This document shows, piece after piece, positions 32,742 to 42,894 of a stretch of DNA of 64,000 bases (its first letter is position 1; every line of letters starts with the position of its first letter). The notes below the pieces were generated by a model, which made no database searches, was not told the DNA's origin, and saw only the letters and a program-made list of their open reading frames with translations. The DNA is from a virus (lineage: Duplodnaviria > Caudoviricetes), in the IMG/VR virus record IMGVR_UViG_3300048024_000800, positions 10,952 through 74,951 of that record; one strand, written 5' to 3'. The translations under genes were made by a program, and so were the position numbers.

Positions 32742-33656
32742 ATGACAACTTCTTCCCCAACATCAACGCAAGGTTTCAGTGATTATTATAATGATAATAA
32801 TTTCATTGGCGCTGGAGTAGATAATCAAATAATAAACAGCTCGAGATGCTCAATTCTTCAGGGCTCTTCTAGTTTTATTAGCGGTAAATATAATTGCCAT
32901 GCAGTAGGTGATTATCTGGGCGTAGGCTCTCTTCAGCTTGAGGATAATACTTTTAATATAGGTTGCTTTAACGGAACTTATTCATGGGGGCCAATATTCG
33001 CAAAAAGAGGACTATCTGTTACTCATGATGCTATGTTTGGTGGGGAGGTTAGAATTGGCGGAAGTAGCAATAGGCATATTCAGCCTTCAGGTTTTTTTCC
33101 TGATAATTCATGGTTGGACATGGAAAACGGTTACTTTAAGGGTGGAAACGACTTTGGTTATGTAGATTTTGATGCTCAAATGGACCTAGAAGACATGACT
33201 CAAAGATGGGCAGTGAGAATACATAATGGCTTTATAGAGGAAGATAGCGATACAAGTTCTGATCTTTTTATAACCACCGACCCCTCCCAAACCCAGAAGC
33301 TTTCTAATTTGAACGTTCAAGGAGATGTAATTTCTTTTTCTTCCTCTGATAGGAATTTAAAAGATAATATTTCTTTGATAGAAAACCCTCTCGATAAAGT
33401 TTTATCTCTTGATGCTATAGAATTTGACTGGAATTCTAACCAGCATGCATACAGAGGTCACGATCTCGGGTTGATTGCTCAACAGGTAGAAGAGGTTGCT
33501 CCAGAGTTGGTGGTCACCAGAAGTGATGGATACAAGGCAATTAAATATGATAAAATAAATTCTTTAATTGTTGGAGCTATACAAGAACAACAAAAGAAAA
33601 TAGAATTTTTAGAAAAAAGGCTTGAAAGTCTGGAGCGGCGGTCTAGTCGTTCATAA
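32742..33656 (+). CDS. Tail fibre protein with a C-terminal intramolecular chaperone (Peptidase S74)
   Basis: SSDRNLKDNI autocleavage motif; G.IAQQVEEVAPELV; YKAIKYDKI..L.VGAIQEQQ coiled-coil tail. Confidence 0.9.
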   Translation: MTTSSPTSTQGFSDYYNDNNFIGAGVDNQIINSSRCSILQGSSSFISGKYNCHAVGDYLGVGSLQLEDNTFNIGCFNGTYSWGPIFAKRGLSVTHDAMFGGEVRIGGSSNRHIQPSGFFPDNSWLDMENGYFKGGNDFGYVDFDAQMDLEDMTQRWAVRIHNGFIEEDSDTSSDLFITTDPSQTQKLSNLNVQGDVISFSSSDRNLKDNISLIENPLDKVLSLDAIEFDWNSNQHAYRGHDLGLIAQQVEEVAPELVVTRSDGYKAIKYDKINSLIVGAIQEQQKKIEFLEKRLESLERRSSRS

Positions 33657-34470
33657 CTTTCATTAACACTCTAGCTTGCGTCGCAGGTATATCTGAAAAG
33701 TCATTCCATTCTTTTACTGAATCGTTTTTGTATTTTCCATCTTTCCACCAATCTCTAAGATAAACTTTAAATTCTTCAAAGCTTGAGCAGTTTAATTTTT
33801 CTTTGGCTAGGTTTTCTATCATTGAGTGGGGGGTAAGTGATGGAGATGAATTTGATTGTCCAGAGAATGACTTGTTATTCGATTTATCTATTTCATCGTC
33901 CCCTACAATGTGGACGTTTAAGAAATTTCTCACGCATCTAACAAACGCTCTATTGCAAGCTATTGTTTCAAGGAATTTTGTAGCAAAGCTACTGGTATTA
34001 TTTAGGGTAGCGTTCGCCATATCTTGAAACTCAACAGCTTTGTTTCCTGTTTCATAGTTTGGTAAAAATTTTATTTTGCAAACTGCTGCTACGTGGTCTT
34101 GTTCACATTTAACTATGTCATAAGAAACATCCAAAAAACCTCTAAGCTTTGCGAGTTCTTTTATTCCGCTTAGTTTTATTAATAGTTGGTGATCTCCCAG
34201 TCCAACTACGCTCCTTGGCATATCTTTTTTTCTTAAATCAAACCATGATTTGTTCGGAAATAAATGCTCATCTTTTATCATTGATCTCCAGTTTACTGAT
34301 CCATCTTCTGCGAATTCATAATCAACGTTATCTAATAAGCCAAATTGATTTCTGCAGAATTTTCCTGGCCCATCTTTATAGTTTTTGATATAGTTCTTGG
34401 GTTTTTCTTTTATTTCTGCGGTTGATTCGAGAGTTACTGAGTTGTCTGTGGCTGATTTTGATTTTGTCAT
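33643..34470 (-). CDS. Putative Rad52/Sak-like single-strand annealing protein
   Basis: LLIKLSGIKELA.LRG...V...CKI, and the helix ETIACNRAFVRCVRNFLNVHIVGDDEI resembling the A.TRA..RA.R...EE helix of Rad52-fold proteins; flexible linker and small C-terminal domain. Confidence 0.5.
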   Translation of the reverse strand: MTKSKSATDNSVTLESTAEIKEKPKNYIKNYKDGPGKFCRNQFGLLDNVDYEFAEDGSVNWRSMIKDEHLFPNKSWFDLRKKDMPRSVVGLGDHQLLIKLSGIKELAKLRGFLDVSYDIVKCEQDHVAAVCKIKFLPNYETGNKAVEFQDMANATLNNTSSFATKFLETIACNRAFVRCVRNFLNVHIVGDDEIDKSNNKSFSGQSNSSPSLTPHSMIENLAKEKLNCSSFEEFKVYLRDWWKDGKYKNDSVKEWNDFSDIPATQARVLMKVMND

Positions 34471-35630
34471 TATTTGCGTTCGTTATAAATTTTTATTATG
34501 TTCAAGTCTTCCCAGAATTCTTCACAATCAATAATTTCATTATGATTTCCTGGTTTGTCGTACTTCCATGCAGCCTTACTGTTGTATATTTGGCCTCCTG
34601 ATACTATTTTCATTGAACATTTATAACGAGAATTATCGCATAGTTTTTCTGATTTGTCAAGATCTTTTTTTGTTTTTGGTTGTTGTAGTAAAATATTCCA
34701 ATCAAAAAACTTAACTCTTATATTGTTTATATTTTTTTTATCTTTGCTTATTAAATTAAATTTTATATTTGATCTTTCTAATAATCTAAAATAGTTTTCA
34801 TTATCTTCTTCTGATACATAGTAATTTATATAGTTTATGTTATCCTTTATTATATTGAGGTATTTTATTTGCATGGGTTTATCTAGGAAAATATTGCATT
34901 TTCTGTCGTATGCCCATTTAACTATATTTTCTTCATCAAAGCATTCGTTGCCCCATATGTTTACTGCTTGACCCTCCGCGAATGAGGACGGCATGATGTG
35001 GTTTGGCACAACAGATATAGAGCTTTTGTGGTACTCCACTCCAGTGTGTATTGTTTCTATTTTATCTAGATCATTCTTTATTTTTAATAAATTTAATACA
35101 CCCAAAGCTATCTCCTCTGGCTTGATTAGGTTAACTGTTTTGGGGAACTCTTTACTTGAAAAGGAGGGCTTTAATCCTTTTCTGTCTGACTCTATTAATA
35201 TTTGATTATTTTTGTCGCCCCAATAAGGGCCGCAACATTCTTTATATAGTATGCTATATAGGCACACTATTTTTTTATTATATCCTGATGCTATATGTGT
35301 GCTAAATGAATCATTTCCGAAGTGTAGTAGAGAGTTTTTTATTAAGTAAGCTGTTTGCCTTATTGAGGTCTTCCCGTGAAAGTTTGTGCATCCAGGTATA
35401 CCTTTGTCGTCTTTTCCTCCTATTTGTATAATTTTTATCCCCATTTTTCTTAGGTAGGGTTCAATTATTAAGATTACATCTTCAAAGTAGTCGTAGTTTT
35501 TTGATTCCATTCCGCTGCTTGCATGCAACGTTATGTATTTATCATGCGGAACCGGAAAAAAAAGAGGTTCTATGTGAGGAGTATCTATCTTAACTCCGCA
35601 GGAAAGCGCATATTGTTCTATTAAGTGCAT
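34470..35630 (-). CDS. GT9 (heptosyltransferase-like) GT-B glycosyltransferase
   Basis: YITLH.SSGM..KNY.Y, IIQIGG..D, GKTSI.QTA.LIKNS.LH.GNDSF..HIA. Confidence 0.75.
   Translation of the reverse strand: MHLIEQYALSCGVKIDTPHIEPLFFPVPHDKYITLHASSGMESKNYDYFEDVILIIEPYLRKMGIKIIQIGGKDDKGIPGCTNFHGKTSIRQTAYLIKNSLLHFGNDSFSTHIASGYNKKIVCLYSILYKECCGPYWGDKNNQILIESDRKGLKPSFSSKEFPKTVNLIKPEEIALGVLNLLKIKNDLDKIETIHTGVEYHKSSISVVPNHIMPSSFAEGQAVNIWGNECFDEENIVKWAYDRKCNIFLDKPMQIKYLNIIKDNINYINYYVSEEDNENYFRLLERSNIKFNLISKDKKNINNIRVKFFDWNILLQQPKTKKDLDKSEKLCDNSRYKCSMKIVSGGQIYNSKAAWKYDKPGNHNEIIDCEEFWEDLNIIKIYNERK
34632..34660 (-). promoter_or_regulatory. Sigma70-type promoter embedded in the GT9 gene, oriented toward the annealing-protein gene
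   Basis: Minus strand TTGACA-17 nt-GATAAT. Confidence 0.6.
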
Positions 35631-37525
35631 ATGTCGAATTGTATTTTATCTTTTCCGTTGTGCATGTAATTTAACATCCTTTGAGTTCCTATGAAGGGCA
35701 AAAAAGCTATTTCAAAGAAACCTTCGTGATCTCCGTGCCCTTCCATTACTGTAAGGTTATCTAAATTCTTATCGTAGGGTATAACCTTATGTATATAAGG
35801 ATTTCCTTCTAGTACTTCGAAATACTCCTTTTTCGTTGCAAAGTAAATATTTAAATCCGGATAAGTCTCTTTTATGTTTTTTAGTAAAGAGGTGCATAGA
35901 TATACATCCCCTATGCTTTCGGGCATCGATATTAAAAGCCTTTTTCCTTTATCGTCCTCACTTAAAAGCTCAGAGAAATTTATGTTTTTATTTTTTTCAT
36001 TATCTTTTGCTGCTACCTGCTTAAAGTATTTTAATATTTCATCCCTGGTGGCGCCTTCGGATAATTTTTTTGACCAATGCTTGTGCCCATCATCAGATTC
36101 TTTAATTTCCATATCTAGGATATTTCTATAAATATCTTTTAACCAATCAGATTGATCCTCTATCTCTGGAGGGTTATATTCAGGGTTTTTAGGTTTTGAT
36201 TTAAAATCAAAATCCCAATCTGGAGCATCCATATTATCTAGAAGTAGCTCCAGTTTTTTTCCTATAGATTCTATTCCGTAATTTTTTATTGTAAAATCTC
36301 TAGCTTTCCTACCAAGCTCTTCTCTTTTACTGTTACTCATTCTGAATACTTTTCTTAATTGACTGGCTATACTGTCAGGACTGGTGCTAGCTTTGATAAA
36401 CTGGGTGCCCGGTTCTCTATATTCAGTCCAGCTAAGCGGTAGGCCTGCCGAGTCTTTGGTGCAGCAATCTTCTCCGCAGCTATAATTTGTTACTAGAGTT
36501 ATCAACTCTGTTAGCTTCGCTTCTTGTATAGGTATCTCTTGACCCCCGCTTGTAAATGGGTGGCAATAGACGTCCATGCAGTTATATATCTGATTTAACT
36601 GAATTTCACTAACCCCTAGTTTAGCATTTGTTGTGTTTTGGCTTTTCTTTGAACCGCAAAAAGGGCAATCTTCTTCCTCTTTCGAGAAACTTTTTATCTC
36701 GAAGTTTTTGCAATTAGAGCATATATAAGTAGTTAATACTCTGGATGGATCTATTTTTTTCTCCTTGATTAACCTCGGGATATCCCAGCCCTCTGACCAG
36801 CTAGTGTGTAATAGTAATTTAGCTGATGAGTTTGGATTTTGGTTACAAAAAATCTTGAATCCTTCAAGTAGATTTGGGACGCTCTTTCTTAATTGGTTTC
36901 TAAAAACGAAACCTATCACAAAGTCTTTATCTATTTTAAAGAAGTTTCTTATCTTCTTTCTATCTTGATCCTCTAACTTTTTAAAGTTTGAGGTGTCTAG
37001 AGCTCCATGTAGAGTTTTTACATGATCGTGACCTAATTTATTTAAAGCTTTTGACGCGAAGGATGACCACGTAAAATAGTTTTTAATCTCTGGGGCAACT
37101 TTCTCTGCTTCGGGTAGTATTGGCAGGCTGTCTAAAGTAGTCCAGATCATGCAATTTATTTTGTTCCACCATTTCTTTTCTGTATATCCTGAGAAGGCCC
37201 ATATGTCTTCTATACCTATGTAAACATCAGGTTTCTCCTGTTCAATTATCTTGTCAATCGTGTGGGTTCCGTAGCTGGCGCTTCTTGCTAAACTTGGATC
37301 TTCTTTTAATTTTCTTAATAAAGATGGATTGTTGGGGAGAGAGCCCTCACACTTCCATGGCAAGTTTTTTAAAGACGCGTCTCCCCATTGTATGCCGTTT
37401 GAGAACTCTACTATATCATACTTTCCTGTTTTTTGTAAGTAGAGTAGTATATTTTTTGTATGCTTTCCGAATCCAGTAAAAGCTTTACAGTGATTGGAGT
37501 GTATTAAGATTTTTTTTTTATTCAT
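35621..37525 (-). CDS. GT4-like glycosyltransferase with Zn-ribbon insert and C-terminal GT9-like fragment
   Basis: TGFGK, GFVFRNQLRKS, LNQIYN.MDVY.HPF.SGG.EIPI.EA; CSNC..CPFC insert; SIGDVYL.TSLL..IKE.YP. Confidence 0.8.
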   Translation of the reverse strand: MNKKKILIHSNHCKAFTGFGKHTKNILLYLQKTGKYDIVEFSNGIQWGDASLKNLPWKCEGSLPNNPSLLRKLKEDPSLARSASYGTHTIDKIIEQEKPDVYIGIEDIWAFSGYTEKKWWNKINCMIWTTLDSLPILPEAEKVAPEIKNYFTWSSFASKALNKLGHDHVKTLHGALDTSNFKKLEDQDRKKIRNFFKIDKDFVIGFVFRNQLRKSVPNLLEGFKIFCNQNPNSSAKLLLHTSWSEGWDIPRLIKEKKIDPSRVLTTYICSNCKNFEIKSFSKEEEDCPFCGSKKSQNTTNAKLGVSEIQLNQIYNCMDVYCHPFTSGGQEIPIQEAKLTELITLVTNYSCGEDCCTKDSAGLPLSWTEYREPGTQFIKASTSPDSIASQLRKVFRMSNSKREELGRKARDFTIKNYGIESIGKKLELLLDNMDAPDWDFDFKSKPKNPEYNPPEIEDQSDWLKDIYRNILDMEIKESDDGHKHWSKKLSEGATRDEILKYFKQVAAKDNEKNKNINFSELLSEDDKGKRLLISMPESIGDVYLCTSLLKNIKETYPDLNIYFATKKEYFEVLEGNPYIHKVIPYDKNLDNLTVMEGHGDHEGFFEIAFLPFIGTQRMLNYMHNGKDKIQFDICT

Positions 37526-38175
37526 TAAAACGGAGCATCCTCTGAGGGCGTCGGTTTTTCGGTTTTATTATTTGCGCCATCACAAGAAATGTTTAGTAGT
37601 TTTTGAAGCATACCTAATCCTCCAGCTAGATAATCTTGGGGCCTATTATCGCTTTTATCTCGATAGCTTTGCATCTTTTTATGATCCTCTATTCTTCTGT
37701 GCTCGTAGAGACAATGAAGGTAATGTTTAAAAAATTCGGCTAGATTCTCTACCTCGCCGGGTTCTAGTGGTATTCTGAAATTTTGACTTCCATTTCTAGT
37801 TAGGGTTATTCCGAAGGCAGGAAGAGTTACCCATTTTTCAGAATCTGCGGTTTTTATTTTTGACTTCTTGTCCCAGGGGGTAAATTTTATTGAAGTCTTG
37901 TTGTCTTCAAATGCATGAAAAGATGAGAATTCGTTCCTGTTTTTAAACGCGCTTATTACTCCGCCTATTTCAAATTCAGTAAATTTTATATTTATTTTTT
38001 TATCTGGATCATTCGCATTTTGAGAAAAGCTTCCCGTTTTTGTTTTGTCGTTCCAACTGTGCTGTTGAATGGCGTTTGCGTAAACAACCGGCTCTTTCTT
38101 TTTGTTATGACCTATTGAGAAATTGAAAGCACAACCTGCGTTTTTGCTGTTTGGTTTGTATAAAGATAATGACAT
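37525..38175 (-). CDS. Hypothetical protein, possibly PC4/Whirly-like ssDNA-binding protein
   Basis: Beta-rich N-terminal domain and acidic SSB-like C-terminal tip EDAPF. Confidence 0.35.
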   Translation of the reverse strand: MSLSLYKPNSKNAGCAFNFSIGHNKKKEPVVYANAIQQHSWNDKTKTGSFSQNANDPDKKINIKFTEFEIGGVISAFKNRNEFSSFHAFEDNKTSIKFTPWDKKSKIKTADSEKWVTLPAFGITLTRNGSQNFRIPLEPGEVENLAEFFKHYLHCLYEHRRIEDHKKMQSYRDKSDNRPQDYLAGGLGMLQKLLNISCDGANNKTEKPTPSEDAPF

Positions 38176-38196
38176 GATGTTAAAGATATTTTAATA

Positions 38197-38224
38197 ATAA
38201 TAACATTCATATTTGTTTTGTCAA
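38197..38224 (-). promoter_or_regulatory. Sigma70-type promoter upstream of 37525..38175
   Basis: Minus strand TTGACA-16 nt-TATTAT with TGn extension. Confidence 0.5.
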
Positions 38225-39099
38225 CTATCAATTAATTCTATGTCGTGACACCAGTCTTCTTCGTTGTATAGCGCGTCATACTTTCTGTAGCTAGATGTCC
38301 ATATGTGATTTGGTAAATCGCGTATTCTTATTATGTCAAAATGTTTTTTCATTAGTTCTGTGCATTTTTTTTCATCTAGCACGCCAACCCTTTTTAAGTT
38401 TTTGTCCCAAAAGCTTTCTATTATAGCTCGACACAGTAGCTGTTCTGGAAATTGAGATATCCTTTTTTTATTGCAAAGCTCTGTTGATAGTTTAAACACG
38501 TCAAGCATCCTTGTTCGCTCTCCAGCTACAATATGATCGGATGGGTGGAATTTGTTCTGCCTTGAGAATCTAAAATAGATATTCGAAGTTATTATTTTGA
38601 ACCATTGATATTCTCCGTTTTTTTTATTTATGTGAGAGTTGTTTATTAATTTTGATATGAATGGCTCTAGGGTTGGGTAACTCTCGTCAGATCTAACTTT
38701 TATACAAAAGAAACCTGTCGCCTTTTTGATTCCGCTTAATGTCGTTATGTTTTGGTATATCCATGGGGCTTGTTTTCCTGGCTTTTTATTTTTAACTTTT
38801 ACGTTTTTATATTTATTGACTACGATTTTTATTTTATCTTTGTAATTATCTAGTCTTGATAGGTCATCTGTGTCCCAACAACTTACTATAACTTCTCCGT
38901 AGCGTAAATAGTTATTTATGGTGCTTATTGATCTTTCGTGAAGTGGTCCTTGTATTATTATTGATACTGTTCTTTCGCGCTTTTCGAATCTTTTTAATAT
39001 TCCTTTTTGTAGCGATATCGAAAAATTAGTAAAACTCGAAACGAAACTTAGTTCTTGCCCTTCCTTGTTTTTTAATTTGTGTGGGTTCCATTCGTTCAT
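38221..39099 (-). CDS. WavE-like LPS/glycan synthesis protein
   Basis: SIIIQGP, IVSCW, Q..TTL.GIKK....CIKVRSDE, FHPSDH..AG, PEQ motifs. Confidence 0.7.
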   Translation of the reverse strand: MNEWNPHKLKNKEGQELSFVSSFTNFSISLQKGILKRFEKRERTVSIIIQGPLHERSISTINNYLRYGEVIVSCWDTDDLSRLDNYKDKIKIVVNKYKNVKVKNKKPGKQAPWIYQNITTLSGIKKATGFFCIKVRSDESYPTLEPFISKLINNSHINKKNGEYQWFKIITSNIYFRFSRQNKFHPSDHIVAGERTRMLDVFKLSTELCNKKRISQFPEQLLCRAIIESFWDKNLKRVGVLDEKKCTELMKKHFDIIRIRDLPNHIWTSSYRKYDALYNEEDWCHDIELIDS

Positions 39100-39518
39100 T
39101 TTAAATAATCAGAACATAAGCCAAAGCATGGAGGCCCCGCATACCGCCTTGCATCATCTACAACCAAAACGCTTTTATTGCTGACCCTTTTTCCTGGATA
39201 GGTCCATATGAAATTTTTAGAAGTTAACGTAAAGTCGTCTGACTCATGCCAAAAATAATTTAAAGTTCTAAACTGGCTAAGTAGGTCCATTGCTTCTAGG
39301 TTTTTACAATGAATCCATAAGTGTCTGAAGTTCTGAATGAGAAATTTTGTAGGACACGGAGTTTCTGGGTTATCATGCCCGAGCCATAATTGCTTATCTG
39401 CCCAGATGTCAATTTCGACATCAAATCCTAGTTCTAGAGCTTCCTCTATGTAACTTATTGAGTTTTCTCTTTTTTCGTTAGGGCCAGCAATGTTACCCCT
39501 GTGGGATATTAATATCAT
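39096..39518 (-). CDS. Small glycerophosphodiester phosphodiesterase-like (PLC-like) protein
   Basis: ISHRGN, EN...I..AL..GFDVEIDIW, LGHD, WIHCKN, GLCSD. Confidence 0.8.
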   Translation of the reverse strand: MILISHRGNIAGPNEKRENSISYIEEALELGFDVEIDIWADKQLWLGHDNPETPCPTKFLIQNFRHLWIHCKNLEAMDLLSQFRTLNYFWHESDDFTLTSKNFIWTYPGKRVSNKSVLVVDDARRYAGPPCFGLCSDYLK

Positions 39519-40875
39519 ATTTTAAGAAAGTTTCTAGATCCTCTGGAGTTCCTAGCCCCCACATCTTTTCAATATGGAACGTTTTTACTCTAGCTCCATT
39601 CAATAAAGCTTCATTATATACTGGGCATACGTAGAATTCATTATTGACTCTAATATTTTTTTCTATCATCTGTTCTGCTGATTTTACGTAATCAGAGCCT
39701 TTTCTCCAGAAGTATATACCAACAGTTGCATGTTCGCTGATGGGTTTCTTTTCTGCTACTTCAATCACGAATCCGTCATCATTTAATTTTGCGTAACTCC
39801 ACTTGGGGTGAGTTGAGTGAAATGTTAAAATGGACGCATCGATGTCGTCTGCCATAGATGAGTACATGAATTGATTACTGTCCCACTGTACATACTGATC
39901 GGAGTTTGCTAGAACTAATGGTTGATCATTGTTGATAAACTCTTTAGCTAAAAGCGTCGTGCATGCCGCTCCCTCGGTTAAGCCTTCTACTTGAACTATT
40001 TCGCAGTTTGGAGAAATTAAATTTAAAGTATGCTGTAGGGAGTATTTTTCGTAATGTTCTTTTTGTACAATAAAGATATGCTTGGCATCGATATTTAAGT
40101 TTTCGACAACTCTTTGTATCATAGGTTTTCCATCAACATCAATTAAGGGCTTAGGAAAAGTATAACCTGCTTGCTCGAATCTGGACCCTGCTCCAGCCAT
40201 AGGAATGAGTACGTTCATTTTACCTCCTTGCCATTTGGGTGAAATTGATGATGTTTTTTCTGCACTTAGTATAGTATTGTTTACCTTAGTAAATGTCAAG
40301 TCGTTAGAATCTGTAACTGCACATAAATGTGCCCCGCTTCTTATTGCTCCTTTTCTTCCGATGTGAGAGTCTTCTATAACTAGAGTTTCGTCGGGGTTAG
40401 CTTTCGCTTTGATCATGCACTGCATGTAAATTTCCGCATTGGGTTTTGGTAAGTTTACATCTTCATTTGAGTATAGAAAATCTATGTATTCAAAAAAACC
40501 TTTTCTTATTAACATTAATTTTGATGTATCTCTTATAGAGTTTGTTGCGCATGCAATTTTATAATTTTGTGATTTTAGTTTTTTAAGAATATCTATTATT
40601 CTATGGTCACGCTGGTAGTCGTCTATTTCTTGTAATGTTTTTTGTTGTTTGAGTTGCCATACTCTGTTGTGATATTTTTCTGGAAGATTTTTTTCGGCGG
40701 TTAACTTTTTTAGTTTTTGCGTAGTTGTTAATGCGTCATACTTGCAAAGATGTTCTTCTTTGCTGATTGTGTATTCTCCTCCTATTTCTGAAAGGGCTTT
40801 ATTTAGGGCAATGTAATGTAATTCGCGCGACTCAACCAATACTCCATCTAAATCAAATATAATTAATTTAATCAT
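39493..40875 (-). CDS. Bifunctional HAD-family phosphatase / sugar nucleotidyltransferase
   Basis: FDLDGVL, KPNAE, IEDS..G (HAD); IPMAGAGSRF..AGY..PKPLI, ANSDQ, NNEFYVCPVYN, LGTPEDL (NTP transferase). Confidence 0.9.
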   Translation of the reverse strand: MIKLIIFDLDGVLVESRELHYIALNKALSEIGGEYTISKEEHLCKYDALTTTQKLKKLTAEKNLPEKYHNRVWQLKQQKTLQEIDDYQRDHRIIDILKKLKSQNYKIACATNSIRDTSKLMLIRKGFFEYIDFLYSNEDVNLPKPNAEIYMQCMIKAKANPDETLVIEDSHIGRKGAIRSGAHLCAVTDSNDLTFTKVNNTILSAEKTSSISPKWQGGKMNVLIPMAGAGSRFEQAGYTFPKPLIDVDGKPMIQRVVENLNIDAKHIFIVQKEHYEKYSLQHTLNLISPNCEIVQVEGLTEGAACTTLLAKEFINNDQPLVLANSDQYVQWDSNQFMYSSMADDIDASILTFHSTHPKWSYAKLNDDGFVIEVAEKKPISEHATVGIYFWRKGSDYVKSAEQMIEKNIRVNNEFYVCPVYNEALLNGARVKTFHIEKMWGLGTPEDLETFLKYDINIPQG

Positions 40876-41608
40876 CCGTTTTACTTAATGCTGCGTCGAT
40901 AAGTAGGTCTATTTCTTTTTTGTTTCTTGGAAAATTTCTTGGGCAATGGCAGTCGATAAAATGTCCACCTTTAATTTCGCTTAAGGAGTAGTTCCAGTTT
41001 TTTCTATCAATTCTTCGTGTTGCTATTGCGTTATTAAAGCCTCTTTTTAAAAAGGATATTTTATTTTTATTATTCCACTTATTAATCATTCTTCCAAAGA
41101 ATAATTCATCCGTATCCCATCCCCAGTTAAATTTACTTAAGTTTTTGCAATATTCCTCGAATGAATGGCTTAGTTTTAATATCTCAATAAAAACTTTACC
41201 TTTAGCTGCGTTGTAGCATATCGGGAACCTGTTTCTTGATAAAGAGGAGGGGGCATCAGAAGTCATGATTGCAATGTTATCACTGCAAATTTCTTTTATG
41301 CTATCTGAGAAATAGTGGGGGCTTAATGGAAGCATATCGATATCTGATGTTATGCAAGTTTTTTCCTTATAGTATTGGGTTGCAAACATTCTCGATATTT
41401 GCGATTGAGTTGATATGGGTAAATATTTGTTTTTTTTTATAAAATGTAAATCGTAATTTTCATTTTCAACATAATCGTTTCTGTCGCATATGAAAACTAA
41501 TACTGGCTTAATACCAACGAGGTCACTCCATAATCTAGAAGCGTACGGCCAGAATTCTATATAAGAAGACTCGTTATCTGCGCTAACTATTGCATAATCA
41601 ATTTTCAT
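40868..41608 (-). CDS. Putative GT-A glycosyltransferase
   Basis: TSDIDMLPL DxD motif, W.TDE, IDCH.PR; cluster context. Confidence 0.5.
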   Translation of the reverse strand: MKIDYAIVSADNESSYIEFWPYASRLWSDLVGIKPVLVFICDRNDYVENENYDLHFIKKNKYLPISTQSQISRMFATQYYKEKTCITSDIDMLPLSPHYFSDSIKEICSDNIAIMTSDAPSSLSRNRFPICYNAAKGKVFIEILKLSHSFEEYCKNLSKFNWGWDTDELFFGRMINKWNNKNKISFLKRGFNNAIATRRIDRKNWNYSLSEIKGGHFIDCHCPRNFPRNKKEIDLLIDAALSKTDD

Positions 41609-41612
41609 ACAA

Positions 41613-42206
41613 CTAAGGAACTCTGGAAAGAATCATTAATCCATTATTATTTTTAAATTCTTTTTCTATATTCCATTGTTTATTTAGATTTATAAAGTCG
41701 GTAACCGCTGCATATAGGCCGGTTTTGTTTTTGGGCATATCTTTTATTAAATTGCTTGCGTGTTTATATGTGTGTTCATCTTTATTCTTAAATGAAACTG
41801 TATCATGTAATATAATTGCATGATTAACTTTTGCGGAATGCCTTGTTAATTCACTGTATAGTTGATTGTAGGTGTGCAGTGTATCTATGAAAAGCACATC
41901 TGTTTGCTCTATTTCTATTGATAGGCTATCACATTCTTGGAATATAAAATCTGTTTTTAATGATTTTGATATGTCTATTATTTGTTGAGTTTCATTTGTT
42001 ATTTTTATGTCATAGGATATTAATTTATTGGGCTCCCCTGCTAGTAAGGCTATAGTCGAACTGCCCCATCTTACGCCCATCTCTGTTATGTGATTATATT
42101 TCTCGGCGTAAGATTTTAGGGTGGGAAGGTGCTCATTTATGTCGATTGATTTATATAAGAGGGGCTCTGTTGTATGTTTTTTGTATAATTCTTTAATTAA
42201 TTTCAT
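41613..42206 (-). CDS. Class I SAM-dependent methyltransferase (Methyltransf_24-like)
   Basis: EMGVRWGSST, SYDI, DVLFIDTLHTY.QL..EL, ILHDT, NNNGL. Confidence 0.8.
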   Translation of the reverse strand: MKLIKELYKKHTTEPLLYKSIDINEHLPTLKSYAEKYNHITEMGVRWGSSTIALLAGEPNKLISYDIKITNETQQIIDISKSLKTDFIFQECDSLSIEIEQTDVLFIDTLHTYNQLYSELTRHSAKVNHAIILHDTVSFKNKDEHTYKHASNLIKDMPKNKTGLYAAVTDFINLNKQWNIEKEFKNNNGLMILSRVP

Positions 42207-42894
42207 TTGAGTATCCTAAATGTTTATGTAAATAGTGCATTCTTTGTATATCTATGTGTCTATTTGGTGGAAACTTGCACCTGAAGTGAAATATATTATC
42301 TGGGATATTTATATTAATAATATCATTAAGGTGAGGGAAGTCAAAGCGTTTTTGTGGTGATGGACTAATGCCTGCTTGGAGAAAAATTTTAGATATAGCT
42401 ACGTCGTCCGGTAAAGAATGGTCCCATAATTCTTTTTTTTCTAGGCATAGGTTTATTAAGTCTTTAGATATGAAGTATCCAGATCCGGAGCAAAATTTAA
42501 TGCGTTCGTTTTGTTTTTTGTTTGAGTGGCTGCCTATTACTCCGCTATAAAATTTATTAATTGGTATTTTTTTTATAAAATATAGGAATTGAGAACTATG
42601 TATATATGATGAAATATTTGTTCTGAAAATATAATCTGGATTGTATTTGGTATTTATAAGTTTAATTGCTTCTAGTGTTTTCCTTCCGATGTTTTCTTTT
42701 AGCTCTTGGCCTGGGCATAGTATGTAGTCTTTTTTTATTTGCGCTGACTCTACTGAGTTGCTATATTTATAGAAAAATATTTTTACATCGTTATTTTTTG
42801 ACAACTCTTTTATCCACGTGGGTCTTTGCCCTTTTTCCTCTATGCCAATAAAGGGGGCGCTATCCGTGGTTAATATAAGTATTATGCATTTCAT
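42193..42894 (-). CDS. Putative glycosyltransferase (GT31/galactosyltransferase-like)
   Basis: KT..AI, DYIFRTNISSY, FCSGSGYFISKDL, PDDVAI. Confidence 0.6.
   Translation of the reverse strand: MKCIILILTTDSAPFIGIEEKGQRPTWIKELSKNNDVKIFFYKYSNSVESAQIKKDYILCPGQELKENIGRKTLEAIKLINTKYNPDYIFRTNISSYIHSSQFLYFIKKIPINKFYSGVIGSHSNKKQNERIKFCSGSGYFISKDLINLCLEKKELWDHSLPDDVAISKIFLQAGISPSPQKRFDFPHLNDIININIPDNIFHFRCKFPPNRHIDIQRMHYLHKHLGYSNEIN

Noticed and set aside
36806-36813. GTGTAATA on the + strand inside the minus-strand GT4 gene
   Set aside because: No credible + strand gene follows; probably chance, although an antisense promoter cannot be excluded.
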